From: Vezdaea acicularis | Lineage: Eukaryota | Assembly (NCBI GenBank): GCA_026025075.1 | Contig: JAPEUI010000068.1 | Location: 62,001 to 97,504, forward strand | Reading direction: 5' to 3' | Length of the DNA: 35,504 bases | Shown here: in pieces, positions 1 through 13,339 of the stretch | How the letters are laid out: each line of letters begins with the position of its first letter | Numbering within the stretch: position 1 is the first letter of the stretch | Translations under genes and position numbers: made by a program | The notes under the pieces: generated by a model | What the model was told of the DNA's origin: nothing | The model's input: the letters and a program-made list of their open reading frames with translations, nothing else | Databases searched by the model: none

Positions 1-929
1 TGGGACGCAGAGCTGTTCACAAGCTACGGATGGATCGAATGCGTGGGTTGCGCCGACCGAAGTGCTTACGATCTGACAGTGCACGCCAAGAAGACCGGAG
101 CGGCCTTATGCGTGCGTGAGACTCGAGCAGAGCCCCTTCGGATAGAAGAATGGCAATTAGACCTGAACAAGAAGAAGTTCGGGCCATTCTTCAAGAAGGA
201 CGGCAAGAAAGTCGAAATCGCGATCGAGGCGACAAGCCAAGAGGAAAGGGAAAAGCTCGCGGGCGAGTTGGAAAAGAATGGGAAACTGGTCCTGAGCGTG
301 CCCGACGTCGCCGATGGTAAAGTGGAAATCAGCAAGGATCTTATCGGCATCGTCAAGCGCACAAGGGTGGAGAACGTGCGGGAATACACCCCTAACGTGA
401 TCGAGCCCTCCTTTGGCATCGGCCGAATACTCTACTGTCTCCTGGAGCACGTCTACTGGACGCGCCCCGGCAGCGAAGAGCGCGGCGTAAGCCCACCCCC
501 CTTTCCGCACAGTCCTCAAAGCTAACGCTACTACCATCCTAGGTCCTCTCCTTCCCCCCGCCCCACTCCCCCACCAAAGTCCTAATCGTCCCTCTCTCGA
601 CCAACGCCGCCTTCAAGCCGATCGTGCGGCAAATCTCGCACGACCTCCGCGCCCTCGGCGTCTCCAACCGCATTGACGACTCCAGCGCCAGCATCGGCAA
701 GCGCTACTCCCGCAACGACGAGCTCGGCACTCCCCTCGGCATCACCGTCGACTTCCAGAGCGTCCGCGACGGCACCCTCACCCTCCGCGACCGCGACTCG
801 ACCAAGCAGGTCCGCGCCACTGTCAGCGAGGTCTTGGCCGCGGTCAAGAGTCTGGTCGAGGCTCACGAGGCCTGGGAGGATGTTATGAAGCGGTTGCCGG
901 AGTTCACGGAGCAGCTCGTTGAGGATTAG
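1..929 (+). CDS. GRS1: Glycyl-tRNA synthetase, 3' part (5' end outside window); exons <1-486, 543-929
   Basis: Frame open from base 1: WDAELFTSYGWIECVGCADRSAYDL...PNVIEPSFGIGRILY (class II motif 3). Anticodon-binding domain SIGKRYSRNDELGTPLGITVDF...LRDRDS. Intron 487-542 GTAAGC..GCTAAC..CTAG joins the exons in frame. Confidence 0.97.
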
Positions 930-1102
930 AGGGATTTACTGAGCGGCAGATAGATTTTGTAAAAAAGAAGGATCCTGCTAAAAGGATTGAGATTCGTGAT
1001 TTCATCGTCTATTGATTTCTGGCCTTCTGGGGTATAATTCTAAACAAGCCCGTTAACTCCTTCCCTTATGACATAGCGACAGCCACGGGTACGCCGCCCA
1101 GT

Positions 1103-1263
1103 TCTACTTCATCCCCCAATTTCTTCTAACTTTCCCCCCCCTTCTTCGCCATCCCCCATCTCTTCTTCTTCCCCCAATTTCTTCTTCATCCACTCGTTTC
1201 TTCTTCATCCCTCCATATCTCCTTCACCCCCCTTTTCATCTCCATCCCCCCATATCTTCTTCT
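1103..1263. repeat. Low-complexity pyrimidine tract of degenerate TTCTTCATCCCC units
   Basis: Repeated ttcttc(a/t)tcccc motifs between the convergent GRS1 and methyltransferase 3' ends. Confidence 0.7.
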
Positions 1264-1275
1264 GCTCTCGGATTT

Positions 1276-2585
1276 TCAGGCGGGCTTCTGCGCAATCACA
1301 AAATGCCTGGCTCGAACAAACCATTACACATCAGCTTCCCTTTAACAGACAACAGAGATATACGGAAAAGTTCAAATACAGAAAATCGAAAGAATCTTAC
1401 ACTTCCGTGCTCAAGCCGGCGAACCCACCCGCCACCTCCCTCTTAGCGCGCTCCACGACCCGATCGACCCTCTCCTTCGGCCAACCGATCCTGGTCAACG
1501 GCCTCAAGACAGTCGCCTCGATTCCCTCGAGCACGGCAACCAACCACATCTTGCCCAACGCCTTCTGCGCGGGGTCATCTGGCCAGTCGCCGACTGGGAC
1601 CTGGAGGATTGTGCGCTGAATATTGTCGAACCCGGCTCTCTCCAGCATCCCGAACGGCGGCGCAATGTGTCTGAGGTCGCTTGGTCGTGCGGCCGACATC
1701 CGATACTGCCTCTTTCCCGCCTCCAGCTCATCCCACGCAGACGCGTACTCGGTATCGCTTTGAGCGTCTAGCGCGCCACGGGGCTCTACATTTCCCACAA
1801 CATCTTCTGGCAATCCACGGGGTCGCGGCACCTCGCCCAGCTCGACAATCTCCACCCACCCGCCGGGCTTGAGCGCCTTGTGCATCTTGCGATAGATCTC
1901 CTCCCAGCGCTCGAAACTGCCTGCCACGTCGCGCGCGTGTACGAGATCGAACGCCGCCCCGCCAAACGTCCAATCCTGGGCCTCGAAATCGTCGACTTCG
2001 AAATAGACGTTGGCGGGGACGGCAGTAGGCTGGATGGCGGCAAGATCTGCGCCAACGACTTCGCACGAGGGGAGGTGCTCGGCCACATCGATGGCCCAGT
2101 CGCCGGTCCCGGTGCCTAGGTCGAGGATGCGCGTGGGATCCGGGGTGATGGGCGCAAGGGTAAACATGCCGATTGGGGAAGAAGACTCATTCATAGAGAG
2201 GAGAGAGCTGTAAAGATGGTGCAGAATGTTGAGGCGTGTTTGCTCGGGCTCGTCGTTGGGCATGAAGTATGCGCCTTCAGAGGTGCTGGTATAGCGTCGG
2301 CCATTCTCTATTGGATACTCCAAGACCGAGCCGACAAGGGAGCGGGTGGAGAGCCTAATGGGAAGGAGAGGGATTAGCCATATACTTGAGGCTTTAGAGA
2401 AGATAGTAATTAGAGGCATACCCATTGAAGGATCGGTCTGATTCTGAGTCCTCTGCGCCATCAAGTGACTTGGGGGCAGTCTCACTGTCATCATCGTCCA
2501 TAGCAATGATGCGTGGCCTGAGACTACCATCTGTACGCCTGTATGAGCTGGAATGAGCGAGGGGACCACAAAGAGGCGTATTCAT
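1276..2585 (-). CDS. LaeA-like class I SAM-dependent methyltransferase; exons 2585-2422, 2354-1401, 1306-1276 (alternative start 2501)
   Basis: Family motifs YPIENGRRY, YFMPNDEPEQTRL, ILDLGTGTGDWAIDVA, GADLAAIQP..VPANVYFEVDD, FDLVHAR, LKPGGWVE, PVGDWP and terminal HFVIAQKP. Introns 2421-2355 (GTATGC..TAG) and 1400-1307 (GTAAGA..CAG) restore the frame. Confidence 0.92.
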
Positions 2586-4006
2586 AGGATCACTGGGCCT
2601 CTGGCTATAGCCACGGAGGGCTGTGAGATACAGATATAAGATGCCTTATTTTCGCTTGTCCTCTAACGAAGAAATGACTGCAGCGGGTGATAACAAAGGT
2701 AGTTGCAAAGAATGGTAAGGAGACCAAAGGGTTGAGAGGCAGGAGTGGGCTGTCCGATCTGTTCCAAGCGACTGCTGCTTGGGGTTGGACGGGCAGTGGT
2801 GCTCTCCTGCTGTGGACAACCGCCAAGATTGGTAGAACCGGTAAAGACTGGGCCGCAAGCAATTGTAATGGAGATCGCCCGGGAATCAACTCACGTAGCG
2901 GATCCTGCGCAGTAAGTTGTCAACGCATCTCGTATGATTTGCTGCGTAGCAGGAAATCACATAAGGCTAGGTCCGAGGCTGCTCGACTACTCGAGTGCTT
3001 GTTGGTGAACGCTATCGTGACATTGCGGAAGACTCGTAAAACGTGACAGCAAAAAGAGTAGAAGGCTGTAAGACTCTGTAAGGGACCACCGAAGGGACGC
3101 TTTCAAAGGTGGAGAGCAGGCAATCAGGTAGTCAAGCAGACGCAGCGCCAATGGATAAATTGCGGCAAGAGGATTCCGGAAGAAGTGGAGATGGACTCGA
3201 CTGAGCTGTCGAAGCTTGTCCGCCTCTTGCAAATGATGGGCAGGAACAGAAACGCAGGGACGGGGGGCATCATGACCATATATCGGCGGCTTTTCTCGCG
3301 CAACATCCCAGCTGCAGGTTGAAGCGGCGGCGGCGTCGAGTCGTCTCTGGAGGCCGAGAAAGATGGCGCATTGGGGCCGCGATAGTCGCCAGCTAGGCCC
3401 GAACATCGCCTAGTCCATCGCGCCCCGTTCGGCTCGGGACAGGGGCCTAGCGCAAGCGCAAGCGTTCGGTTTTTCGGGTTGGGGATGCCCCGTGGGAGCC
3501 CTCGCCAAACCCCGTCGCATGCGAAGCGAGCCGGCACGCACGGCGAGATGCTTTTCGAGATGTCTCCCCTCTCGCCTCATCGACGACGACGCACACAGCC
3601 GGCGGAGAAGAGACGGCGCACGCCCTAAACCCTGTAACCGCCCGGTCTCCCCGTCCGGCTCCTCTGCAGCCGCGCCTACTGACTGGCCGCACCTTCGCGC
3701 CACGGGCTTGCTGTCAATGCTGCCAATGTGTGACAACTCTCCAATGCGTGAAACCTTCAGAGCCCAGCGTGCATGGCAGACGAGCTCTAGCAGATGTGAT
3801 AATGCACAAGGAGAAATGAGCAACAGTCTTGATCGTGGTGGTAACGTTCGAATTGCTCGAGGTCTCGTAGATGGCAGGCGTCTCCCAGACTTGCCAGCAG
3901 GCTCATAGGTGGAACGCTCATCGGAGGGTGGAGGACCGAGACGAGCAGAGCCGGGTTGCTCAATGTCAATTCACGGAGATGTGCAATAGTAGTGGACACT
4001 ACTAGT

Positions 4007-6654
4007 CTAATCGTTTGCTCCGCTACCATCGTCCGAGGTATCTAGATCTGCTGTGAGAGGTGGAATCTCGAAATCATCATCATCATCCTCCTCATCGCCA
4101 ACACGGCCGCCCCCACCATCCCCGACAACAGGACCTGTCTCGGCTGATATGTCCATGTTCACACTATCATCCGCGTTGGGCGTCACCAGAAATGCGTTGG
4201 TCTCTGACACATCCTGCTTCCCCAACTGAACGGCGCCGCCCTCATCGGGCTCTGATGCAGTGTTCGAGCTGAGTCTTGGCACTGCTGGGTTCAAACTCCA
4301 CGATGCCTCCGTATCTTCTATGCGTGCGCGTTTCGAGCGATGGACGTTGTCAGTGTCTACCGACGGACTAGATGAGGCGAGATTCTTAAGCGGATGCGGC
4401 TGGTCCTGCAAAGGTGGTTCTGCAGTCTCTCCAGGCAAATGTGCTGGAGAATATGTCGGTTGTGAAAGCCTAGTGTCATCTTTCAACGGCTCGGCCGGCT
4501 TGTGGCTTGCATATGGCTCATACTTTTCCCTATATTCATCAACTGTAGCACCGACATCTTGCTCGCCTCCCTCTTCTGCCCTAATGTCGTCATCCACAAC
4601 ATCTCTCGGAGCGATAGCGGGCATCCTTGGTCTCACAAGCCCCTCAACATCATGATCGCCCCCAAACGCGCGGGCAAGGAACGGTAGGATGCTTGGAGGA
4701 TGTTTGCCCTTAACTCCTTTCGGAGGTTCGAGCACGCTAGCCAGCATAGCTGATTTGTTGCTTGTGAGAATTGCTGTTTGCTCTAGCTGAGTCCGGATTG
4801 ATTTGGTAAGAACGGAAGCAGGAAGGTGCGAGAAAAGAATGGGGAGAACAACGGACGCTGCAAGTTTCAGTGTCGTCTGTGCTTCAGGACCAATAGGAGT
4901 GGTCAAAAGACCAACTGGCTTGAATGCATCCGCGTCAGTCTTTGGAGGATTCTGTCGGCCTTCGTGCTGATTTTGGGATGATGATACAAGGTCATCGCAA
5001 CATGATCTTACAACCCTTTTGAGGTTTTCCGATGTCACTTTTGATAAGGAGGGACCCACTAAAGGAAGTAGGCCGGCGAGAGCAACGTATATGAAAGACC
5101 GAACCTCACTAAGTACGCTTAGACTTTACTCATTGGCATATAATAGGGAGAACTTACGAATTCCACAGCTCAACGCTGAACAGCCAGGTAACATGGTGCA
5201 CAAAATGTTCAGCCGCTGGAACGAGAGCCCTTTGAAATCTTTCGATCGTGATGATCAGAAGGCTTAGACCCGCCCTATGTATGCTTGGTAGACTTAAGAA
5301 GAGCCCTTCTCGCTCATCTCTTGAGATTTCAGCATTGAATCGTGTCGAATTTTGTGATGAATCCCTCTTGTTTGGTGGCACGACTAAAGTCAGTATACGA
5401 GACAGCATATCTAAGACCATGCCCAGCGGCAGATTCACTGCTGACGCTGTCCGACAGCATATAAAAGTCTCCAATGTCGATAGGAGACCAAGGATCCTCT
5501 CAGCACCTGCAAATATACCCGTCCACGGCGGTAAACCCATGGACTCATTGAGCGCTCCTAGAGGCTGAGCCAAGGCCTCTGTTGTCTGCTGGAGGTTATC
5601 ATTAGTACTGGCTGCAGCAGACTCCCAGTCTTCGACCACAGCACGGGATACCCGGTTGAGCGTGATGTTAATCTCGGAAATAACAACTCGAACCGTTTTT
5701 GTCCATTCATCCCCAGACGTGCCTTTGGTAGCACATAGGTGGAGACGAGCGAATACGTGACGTGCCGCACTTGCTACGTCATTGGAAACTTTCTCTTCTA
5801 GGAAGGGAGCCTCCTCCACTGACGGCGTTGAAGCAAGTAGCTGATAGGTGATCGGCCTAATTTGGGGGATGAAGGGGCGGAAAACAGTTGGGTATTGTGG
5901 CAGCAGATGATTATAAGCTCCTAGCACCACCCCTAGCAAAGGATCTATATTTTTCAGTAACCTGGCATTCGAATATGCTCGGGCGTTTTTAACTACAAGA
6001 TCAAGACATGATTTGATGAAAGTCGGGAGTGTAGGGGTTGCGATTTCTCGGGCCAGGGACTGGTGCGCTTGGATTAGAAAATAAATTCTTGTCAATGTGA
6101 CTATAGCAAGATGCTTGGTGCAGACAGGATCTGGGCGCTTTATAGCAAACATGTCAGCACTTTTAAAGCGAGAAATGGCCCTAGTGACAGTTTGGCATAC
6201 CCTTCTAGGATATCGGGAGTAGAAGAGTAGCCTTAGGTAGGGAGATTTGGTAGCCAATTGCACGAGTATAGGCTTGTATTTGGCAGTTTCATGTCCTCAA
6301 ACATACCGTAAGTATTGCTAGTAAGCCACGAACCCATGGCATGCAGCTCTTCAGCACCTCCCATCCCCCCGCCTCAACTGTTGTCTTAATCAATACTATA
6401 GCGGTCCATCTGCCCTCGAGAATTCTAGAGTGAAGTAGAGTAGAGATTTGGGTTTTGAACTTGTGCACAGTTACAGACAAATTGCCAGAGCTATCTGCTG
6501 AAGCTTGGCTGTCTCCAGACGACAAAAGGTCACTCGCTGCAGTAATAGCGTGGATCAGGTGGTCAATCTTGGATGGTAGCTGCTGACTTGGCGTGCTAGA
6601 TAGAATTTTTGCCGCAATTCGCAAAGAAGAAGCCGAAATCGGCGACGAATCCAT
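4007..6654 (-). CDS. RIX1: Pre-rRNA-processing protein Rix1 (PELP1 family); exons 6654-6307, 6137-5158, 5108-4007
   Basis: VHKFKTQISTLL..GRWTAIVLIKTTVEAGGWEVL, RPDP..TLTRIY, LAREIATPTLPTF, YPTVFRPF, SILPFLAR..EGLVRPRMP and an acidic tail DDDFEIPPL. Canonical introns 6306-6138 and 5157-5109. Confidence 0.92.
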
Positions 6655-6956
6655 TTTCAACAACGCCTATCCCTAGTAGTGGAGAAGTTGACAAGTTCAT
6701 AGTGTGTGTTTGAGACTCTAAAAGTTGCTTCTAGTTGTGCGAATATCTTTTCAAAGTGATCGAAGCCAGAAACAAACACCGGAATTTAAAGCCCTAGCGA
6801 ATTAGCAAATCTGCCAAGCTCCGCCAAATCCCTGTTAAAGCGCAACTTTCGTCAGTGGTATCAAAAGAGGTCTTCCGCCAGGCATCGCATTGCAACCGCC
6901 ATGCGTCTTCTTCTTGGCTACAGGCGGTATTGACTACTCGCGGCGGCCTTAGCATC
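6655..6956. promoter_or_regulatory. Probable bidirectional promoter between RIX1 and YPP1
   Basis: About 300 bp between two divergent start codons; inferred from position only. Confidence 0.5.
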
Positions 6957-9900
6957 ATGAGCGTAAGATCTCCCGTTAGAATAGTGCTCTTAGAGATGCA
7001 TGCCTATACCATAAGCCCATTTGATGTTGGGATACAATTGAAGCTAATGGTACATCTTGCAGAAAGAGCAAGCTAAGGCGGCACATTACATTGGCTTGCT
7101 TGATGAAGCGCGGTGTAATAGTCGCTGGACGGAGGTCCCGGAGTTGGTCAGAAAAGTTGGGAAACACGCCCCGTCTCGAAAATGTGTGAACGAACCATTT
7201 TTTCTCATATTCTCAATGACTTGGAACCCTTGGCTAATACGACGTCCTCCAGGTCTTCTCCTTACCGCCCACTCGGAACATCAGGTGATCTCGTACACAC
7301 GAGGACGCCAGTCCTCCACAGTCTCTTCCGCCCTTTCAGGTCTAATTGAACCATTGCTGGACGCCATAAAATTGGAAGAGGATCATCCAGAAGACGCTTT
7401 ACAGGGACAAGTCTGCGTGGGATGGATACATTGGGCTCTGGGAGAGCCGAACCTTGCAGTTTCGCGGCTCCCTCGAGACGTCATTCAAGATATTGAAAGA
7501 ATCCATGGAGGGTTTGCTGATGCGTCAAGTTGGACAAAGATATGCGCTGTCAAGGGTATCTACATCAAAGGTTTGCCACGTTCCCGTGACACTTGAAAAG
7601 GAAGCTAAACTTTCATCCCTGTACAGGTGCTTCTCTTGAGAAGCTAGATGAGCCAAACGGTGCCATTGAAACATTCGCCTCGGGCCTTCCACTTCTCGTC
7701 CGTTCACGGGAGTCGCTGTCGGATGGGCCAGAGCTTTTGTTATGGAGAGAGCGACTTCTCACCCGCGCCTGCTTCCTTTCCAACGAAGTTGCGAAGAAGA
7801 ACAAAACAGCTTCGTCTAGTCATGTAGCAATGAATTTCTTCAGGTCCTGGGCACAACTGTGGAGAGGAAAATCTAGCGATGGCCTTGTAGCTACCGATGG
7901 TGCGGGCTTAGATGCGGGAATACCGAAGAGACATGTCTGGAAAGCTTACTACTCCACATTATCAAGATACCTGCAACAAGGCCTGCCTTACCTACCTCAA
8001 CCGGCAACGTCAGAGGATGAAGACACCTTTGGGGACGATCCCGGCGCAAAGCATCTCGCATTAAGGTTACAGCAACGAAGCGAAATAGAACTAGCCCAAA
8101 CAACATACGAGTCGCTTCTGATGAGGGAAGTCCGGTTTCCGCAAGCAAATGAGACCAATGTGGAAGTGGAGGAATGGGTCGAGCTCGTAATGGCCAACTG
8201 GAGAATTCTCTGCGGTAGCAGCTGGAATGATGAGGAGCTAGGTCAGGGCGGAAAAGATGGTGTCGGCCATGGGGTACTAGATGTAAGTCAAGACCAGAGG
8301 TACCACGAGACTATGATGAAGGTATTTACGCCGTCAATAGATCTTGTACCGAGCTGCTGCAAAGACTTTCCATTCAACTCCAATTTTACGCCACCTTTTC
8401 ACTGTGCATGCGTCCCTTGCTGAGTTCGATCTTGCATTCAAAGCGTTCGACACATATATGGAAATTGTACAGAAAGGAAGGGCACGAGTTAAGAAATCCG
8501 GAGATAGGGAAGTGAGTCTCGATAATGATGAGACAGTCATAAAGACGGCTTCCGAGGCTATCAGAATATTATGTCGATTTGGAACGCGGAAAGAGGGCGA
8601 AAAGGCGAAGGACATTGGCGAGCTCATTACCTCCTTGCTGGATGAAATTCGAGAAAAGCCAAATCAGTCGCAGGCAAACGGCTCATCAGGTGAATCCACG
8701 CACAGAAGCCCATATCTTCCACCACCTTCACCAAAAGGTATTGCGTTAGCCTACCGGGCTATTGCAATTAGTCAAGCACATTGGTCCCGGTTGACCTTCG
8801 ATGCAACAGACCGCCCCAACATCCAGAATCGAGCCTTATTGAATTTTCGTAGATCTCTTGAGGGCGACCTGGGTGAGTCGGATAATCTGGAGTCCTTCTT
8901 TGGACTTGGCTTGTTGCTTGCAGAGAAAAGAGACGTATCACGTGCGATTGAAGTGGTGAAGAGGGCCCTTGTTCCCCAATCGGATCAGCGCGCGAGTGTA
9001 GCAAGCTCTGATGATGGGTCACCGATCGATCTAACTCCGGAACAGAAGGGTTTTGTACGAGAACGGAGACTTATGCCTCTCCTGCATCTTCTTGCTTTGT
9101 TACTGAGTGCACGTCAAGATTTTACAACGGCAGCAAAGTCATGCGATGCTGCCTTCGAGCAATTTCTTGAACCTGCCAATCTTTTCGGCCGCACCAATAT
9201 ATCCGAACCTTACCGCAGCGAACACTTAAGGCGATCACCATTGGCTACAATGGACGAAAAGCACAGTCTAAAATCCAAAGGTGTCGTGGATGATATGCAA
9301 ACATATGAAAAGTTCTCTGTTCTACAGATAAAGATGACCCAGATAGCGCTTATCGAAGTGAGCGAGGGCCCTGACGCCGCGATTAATGCCAGTAATGAGC
9401 TGCTCGGTTTATATGCAAGATTGTTTGGTGACCCAAAAGTCGAGAATGGAACAACGCTAGTGCTACCAACACAGTCAAACCCTCCAAAGAGCTCCGCTGG
9501 TACCATCAGAAGCATTGGTGGGTCAATCTTTGGCCGGTCAAAGAGCTTAAGGAAGGGATTACATAAGAGCGAAGGCAGCGCTACTTCGGCATACACTGGT
9601 GATACGGCAGTTCCGAATAGGCCGCAAAGCGGGACGAGCTTGCCTGTGACTCCGGCCCCAGTAATTCAAGTGATCGATGAGTCTGGGGCCACAGCAGAAT
9701 CCCAGCCGCACAGTCATAGTCCTCATCATCTTTTTCATCATGATAGTAAACGACGGGGAGAGAAACTTCACAAACGAAATCTAAGTTTACGCGAACAGAA
9801 AAGCTTTGGTAGTCTCAGGCGCTCTAAAGAACCAAAGAATAGAGCCGTGAGCGGCCCAATGCTTAGTACCACTCCTACAAGCTTCCCCGCATCTAGTACT

Positions 9901-11046
9901 GGAACCGATCGTATGTCCGATCGCCCTAGCTCTCAAGAGTCAGGCCATCTTGAAGGCTATTCGCCGTCACCAAGTCAAGTGGGACTTGCTGTCTCCCCTG
10001 ACATACCCTCTCCAGCTCCCTCTCCGAAGCCCTCTCAGAGCCACCTACGATCTAATTCCCAGCGGTTTGCATCCCCATTGGGATATATGCATCGAAATCA
10101 GCAGACCCCAGTGCCGGATCGGCTATCACAGCCTCCTGCTCAATCTTCCACTCTACCATATGGATACCTTCTCTCTCTCTCTCTCCCGCCAGAACCCCGC
10201 TTTTCTCTGGAGCAGGATCGCTGCCAGAGGATCATCATACTTACCAAAGTCTGGCTTCTTATCGCAGGACTCTATCGTCGTGCCTCGTTATATGACGATG
10301 CAGAGGGAGCGATTGAAGAAGCTTCCAAATTGGTTGAGAGCCTCGAGCTTGATGTCGTTCGAGACCAGACAGGGCTAAGAAGACTTGACGAGGCAGGTTG
10401 GGGTAATCGCAAAAGTGTGGCCGAGCTATGGGCAGACATTTCGACAGAAAGAGGCCACTTGTGCCAAGCGCAGACCCTTCCGCACGATGCTCTTAGTCAT
10501 TATGAGGCTGCCCTCTCACGTTTTCCTGATCACCCAACTGGAACAGTTGGCCTTTGTAACCTTCTGCTAGATATCTCCAGCCAGAGAATATCCGCAACAC
10601 CGCCAGATCCGTTTTCGTCTCCAGACATAGCTGCAACACCACAACCTAGCGGCGATACTCCGACTCCGGGTTTTATCCTGCACGATACAAACCCTAGCCA
10701 CCCGCTTTCAGCATCTAGCAAGATTACTCCCTCGACACCTCTTGCGCCTTTAGGCTTGCCAGACCCACAGGTTATGGAATTTCCCTCAGGGCAGAAACGA
10801 CAGAAGCCTACATCAACGCTGGAGCGTTTAGCAGCAAGGGATCGTGCCTATGGTTTGCTCTCGTCGCTCACTAAGCTAGGCACCGGATGGGATTATTCAG
10901 AGGCGTGGTTCGCGCTAGCTAGAGCATATGAAGAAGGCGGCCAATTAGGGAAGGCCAAGGAAGTACTATGGTGGTGCGTAGAGCTGGAGGATAGCCGACC
11001 AATCCGGACTTGGCGGGAAGTGGCTCAAGGGAGCTTTGTATTGTAG
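6957..11046 (+). CDS. YPP1: Ypp1/Rhf1/TTC7-family TPR protein (PI4-kinase complex scaffold); exons 6957-6962, 7063-7183, 7253-7570, 7627-8282, 8341-11046
   Basis: LDEARC..W..VPELVRKV.KHAP.RKCL, ILYRAAAKTFHSTPILRHLFTVH, RLAARDRAYGLLSSLTKLGTGWDYSEAWFALARAYE, WWCVELEDSRPIR. Four GT-AG introns give one continuous frame. Confidence 0.9.
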
Positions 11047-11501
11047 GTATCGAATTCATAACGGGAATCTATGCTATATTTCACTGAGCTGCAACGTGCT
11101 GCAGTCTCCCATAGCTTTGTGCAGCATTTTACTTTAGAGGCTGTTGACAGCCACGGCTCGCCTTGAGCTACTGAGTTATATCAGAGAACAAAACGATTCC
11201 AAAATCACAAAATTTGACTTGCAAATGGAAATTCTTTCACATTGGCAGTCGAGAGTCTGTAGAGATGACTGAACTAAGTAAAGAGGGGTTCTTATATGCC
11301 ACTCCCGGTACATCTTGTATGCTCGCTTGGCACTCGCATGACACTCGCCAACGAAATCTCAGGATATACTACGTCAGCTGCTCCTGCTTTGCAGGATTGC
11401 CATCGGCCCCCATCGAGGCCTGACCCGTGGCTTAAAAGCCTAACCCCCCTCTTACGCTCAAACTTGCGGACGCAGGACCCTCTTGTCGACCTCTCGCGCT
11501 C

Positions 11502-13142
11502 ATGAACTCTTCCATTCCTCGCTCCCATCTAGAGGTCTTGCGCCGGCAAGATGAGCAAGTCGACCGGGCTATAGCCTCTGGCGAATACGAGCCCTTCATA
11601 TATCCATGGGCTCTGATCAGTGCGTTCATACTTATCTTCTATCTCATGGTGCCATGGAGGAAGTATGGTCTCCGTTTCATGCGGTACCCTCTCTTTGGAG
11701 CGATCGTCTACGTCTCGATGTACTGTACAAGCTTTTGTCGCTCCAAGAGTAAGGCGGTCGATTACGGGATTGGGTTGATATCCATATATTCAGTACAATG
11801 GGCGGCCTCTTTGATGGTTTTGAATGATGTGCAGGCAGACTTCAAGAGAATCGAAGAGCGATTGGAAGACCATGAGGGGGCAAATGGACACTTACATGTG
11901 GAGTCGAAGGACAATGCACCCGCTTCTAATGCGGCATCAAATGAAAAGCTTACGGATCAAAGCTCGTTGACACCAGAATTAACGCAGCGAAAGCCGGCGA
12001 AAGTCACGCCTCAGAAAGAACAAGATGTGGCCGTCGATCAGACGATTGGGGCAATTCCCACTAAATCTCCAACTCGGGAAAGGGCATATTACTGGCAGAA
12101 ATACCCCTCTTCCATTTCAAGACGGATAGGTTGGGTTTTTGACCTAGCCTCCAACCCCCGCTGTATCGGTTGGGCCCACCAACTCTCCCCTATCCCTACG
12201 GCCCCGGAACTCGCATCGATGTCTGGCGCTCGCCCTTCAAAAAACTACAACTACCTCACCCGCCGGCGCCTCCTCCAGCACAACCTCCTCATTTTTATTA
12301 GCACCTACCTCGCCATCGACGTTATCACCGTCTTTGGCCTCAAAGACCCCTACTTCTGGGGCTACATCAGCTGTCCCCCACCAACCCACCTCCCCCGTCT
12401 TATCCAACACTCACCCGTCCTTCTCAAATCCTATCGTCTCCTTCTGACCTGCACTGGGGTCTACGCCGCCCTTCAAATGGTCTTCTCTCTCTCCCCGCTC
12501 TTCTATTGCTGGTTTCTGGGCCCGCGCTACCTCGGCCTGCGCGGCGAGCCCTTCATGTACCCGAATCACTACGGCTCTTTCATAGCGGTGCTCGACCACG
12601 GCCTGGCCGGATGGTGGGGCAGTTGGTGGCACCAGACCTTTCGGTACGCATTCCAGGCAAACGCTGATTTCGTGCTGCGCAGCCTCAATATCTCAAGGAA
12701 GTCAAGTCTGGGAAAGGCGGTGCAGCTCTTCGTGTCTTTCACACTGTCAGGCTCAATTCATGCAGCGGGGTCATACACGCAGTTTCCACCTTCGCACCCT
12801 ATCAAGGGGCCGTTCTCCTTCTTCATCTGTCAGCCGTTTGGGATCATCTTCCAAGAGTTCACGGCAAAGGAACTTAAGCGCTTGCTGCCGCCAAGCCTGT
12901 ATCTACCGAAGACGATAAGGAGGATAGCGAACTTCTTGTTTGTGATGGTGTTCCTTTACTGGACAGCGCCGCTGCTGTGTGACGATTTTGCGAGGGGCGG
13001 ATTGTGGTTGTACGAGCCATTACCCGTCAGCCCCATGAGGGCGATGGGATATGGTGTGGAAGGTGAGAAGTGGTATGCCACACGGAATACTGCGACGCTG
13101 TATAAGGCAGATAGGTGGTGGAAGAGTGGACTCGCGCTTTGA
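11502..13142 (+). CDS. Membrane-bound O-acyltransferase (MBOAT_2 / wax-synthase-like), single exon
   Basis: 546-aa multi-TM ORF with GLAGWWGSWWHQTFR and FTLSGSIHAAG (catalytic His region), then FFICQPFGI. Confidence 0.9.
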   Translation: MNSSIPRSHLEVLRRQDEQVDRAIASGEYEPFIYPWALISAFILIFYLMVPWRKYGLRFMRYPLFGAIVYVSMYCTSFCRSKSKAVDYGIGLISIYSVQWAASLMVLNDVQADFKRIEERLEDHEGANGHLHVESKDNAPASNAASNEKLTDQSSLTPELTQRKPAKVTPQKEQDVAVDQTIGAIPTKSPTRERAYYWQKYPSSISRRIGWVFDLASNPRCIGWAHQLSPIPTAPELASMSGARPSKNYNYLTRRRLLQHNLLIFISTYLAIDVITVFGLKDPYFWGYISCPPPTHLPRLIQHSPVLLKSYRLLLTCTGVYAALQMVFSLSPLFYCWFLGPRYLGLRGEPFMYPNHYGSFIAVLDHGLAGWWGSWWHQTFRYAFQANADFVLRSLNISRKSSLGKAVQLFVSFTLSGSIHAAGSYTQFPPSHPIKGPFSFFICQPFGIIFQEFTAKELKRLLPPSLYLPKTIRRIANFLFVMVFLYWTAPLLCDDFARGGLWLYEPLPVSPMRAMGYGVEGEKWYATRNTATLYKADRWWKSGLAL

Positions 13143-13339
13143 AGAGCATTTTGACAGTGGGAATATAGACTTTACGTTATGAGATGGGATAGACTGCATT
13201 AGCAAGCGTAGCATCGGGGTTTTTGTAGCATAAAACCCTCCACTAAAGCCGTCCTTTCAATGTTGATCAGATGGCTATATGAAGCCATGAATTACAATAA
13301 TTTTGCGGTATCTATTAATCCTAAGCCATGCAACAATAC

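Noticed and set aside
2987..3908. Overlapping 130-140 aa ORFs in the GC-rich intergenic stretch, and CCCTAAACCCT near 3623
   Set aside because: No recognisable domain or consistent splice model; the ORFs are explained by GC content. One telobox-like word is not a telomeric array. This is probably the methyltransferase promoter/5' UTR.
10171..10185. (CT)n microsatellite in YPP1
   Set aside because: Short and in frame (LSLSL); unremarkable.
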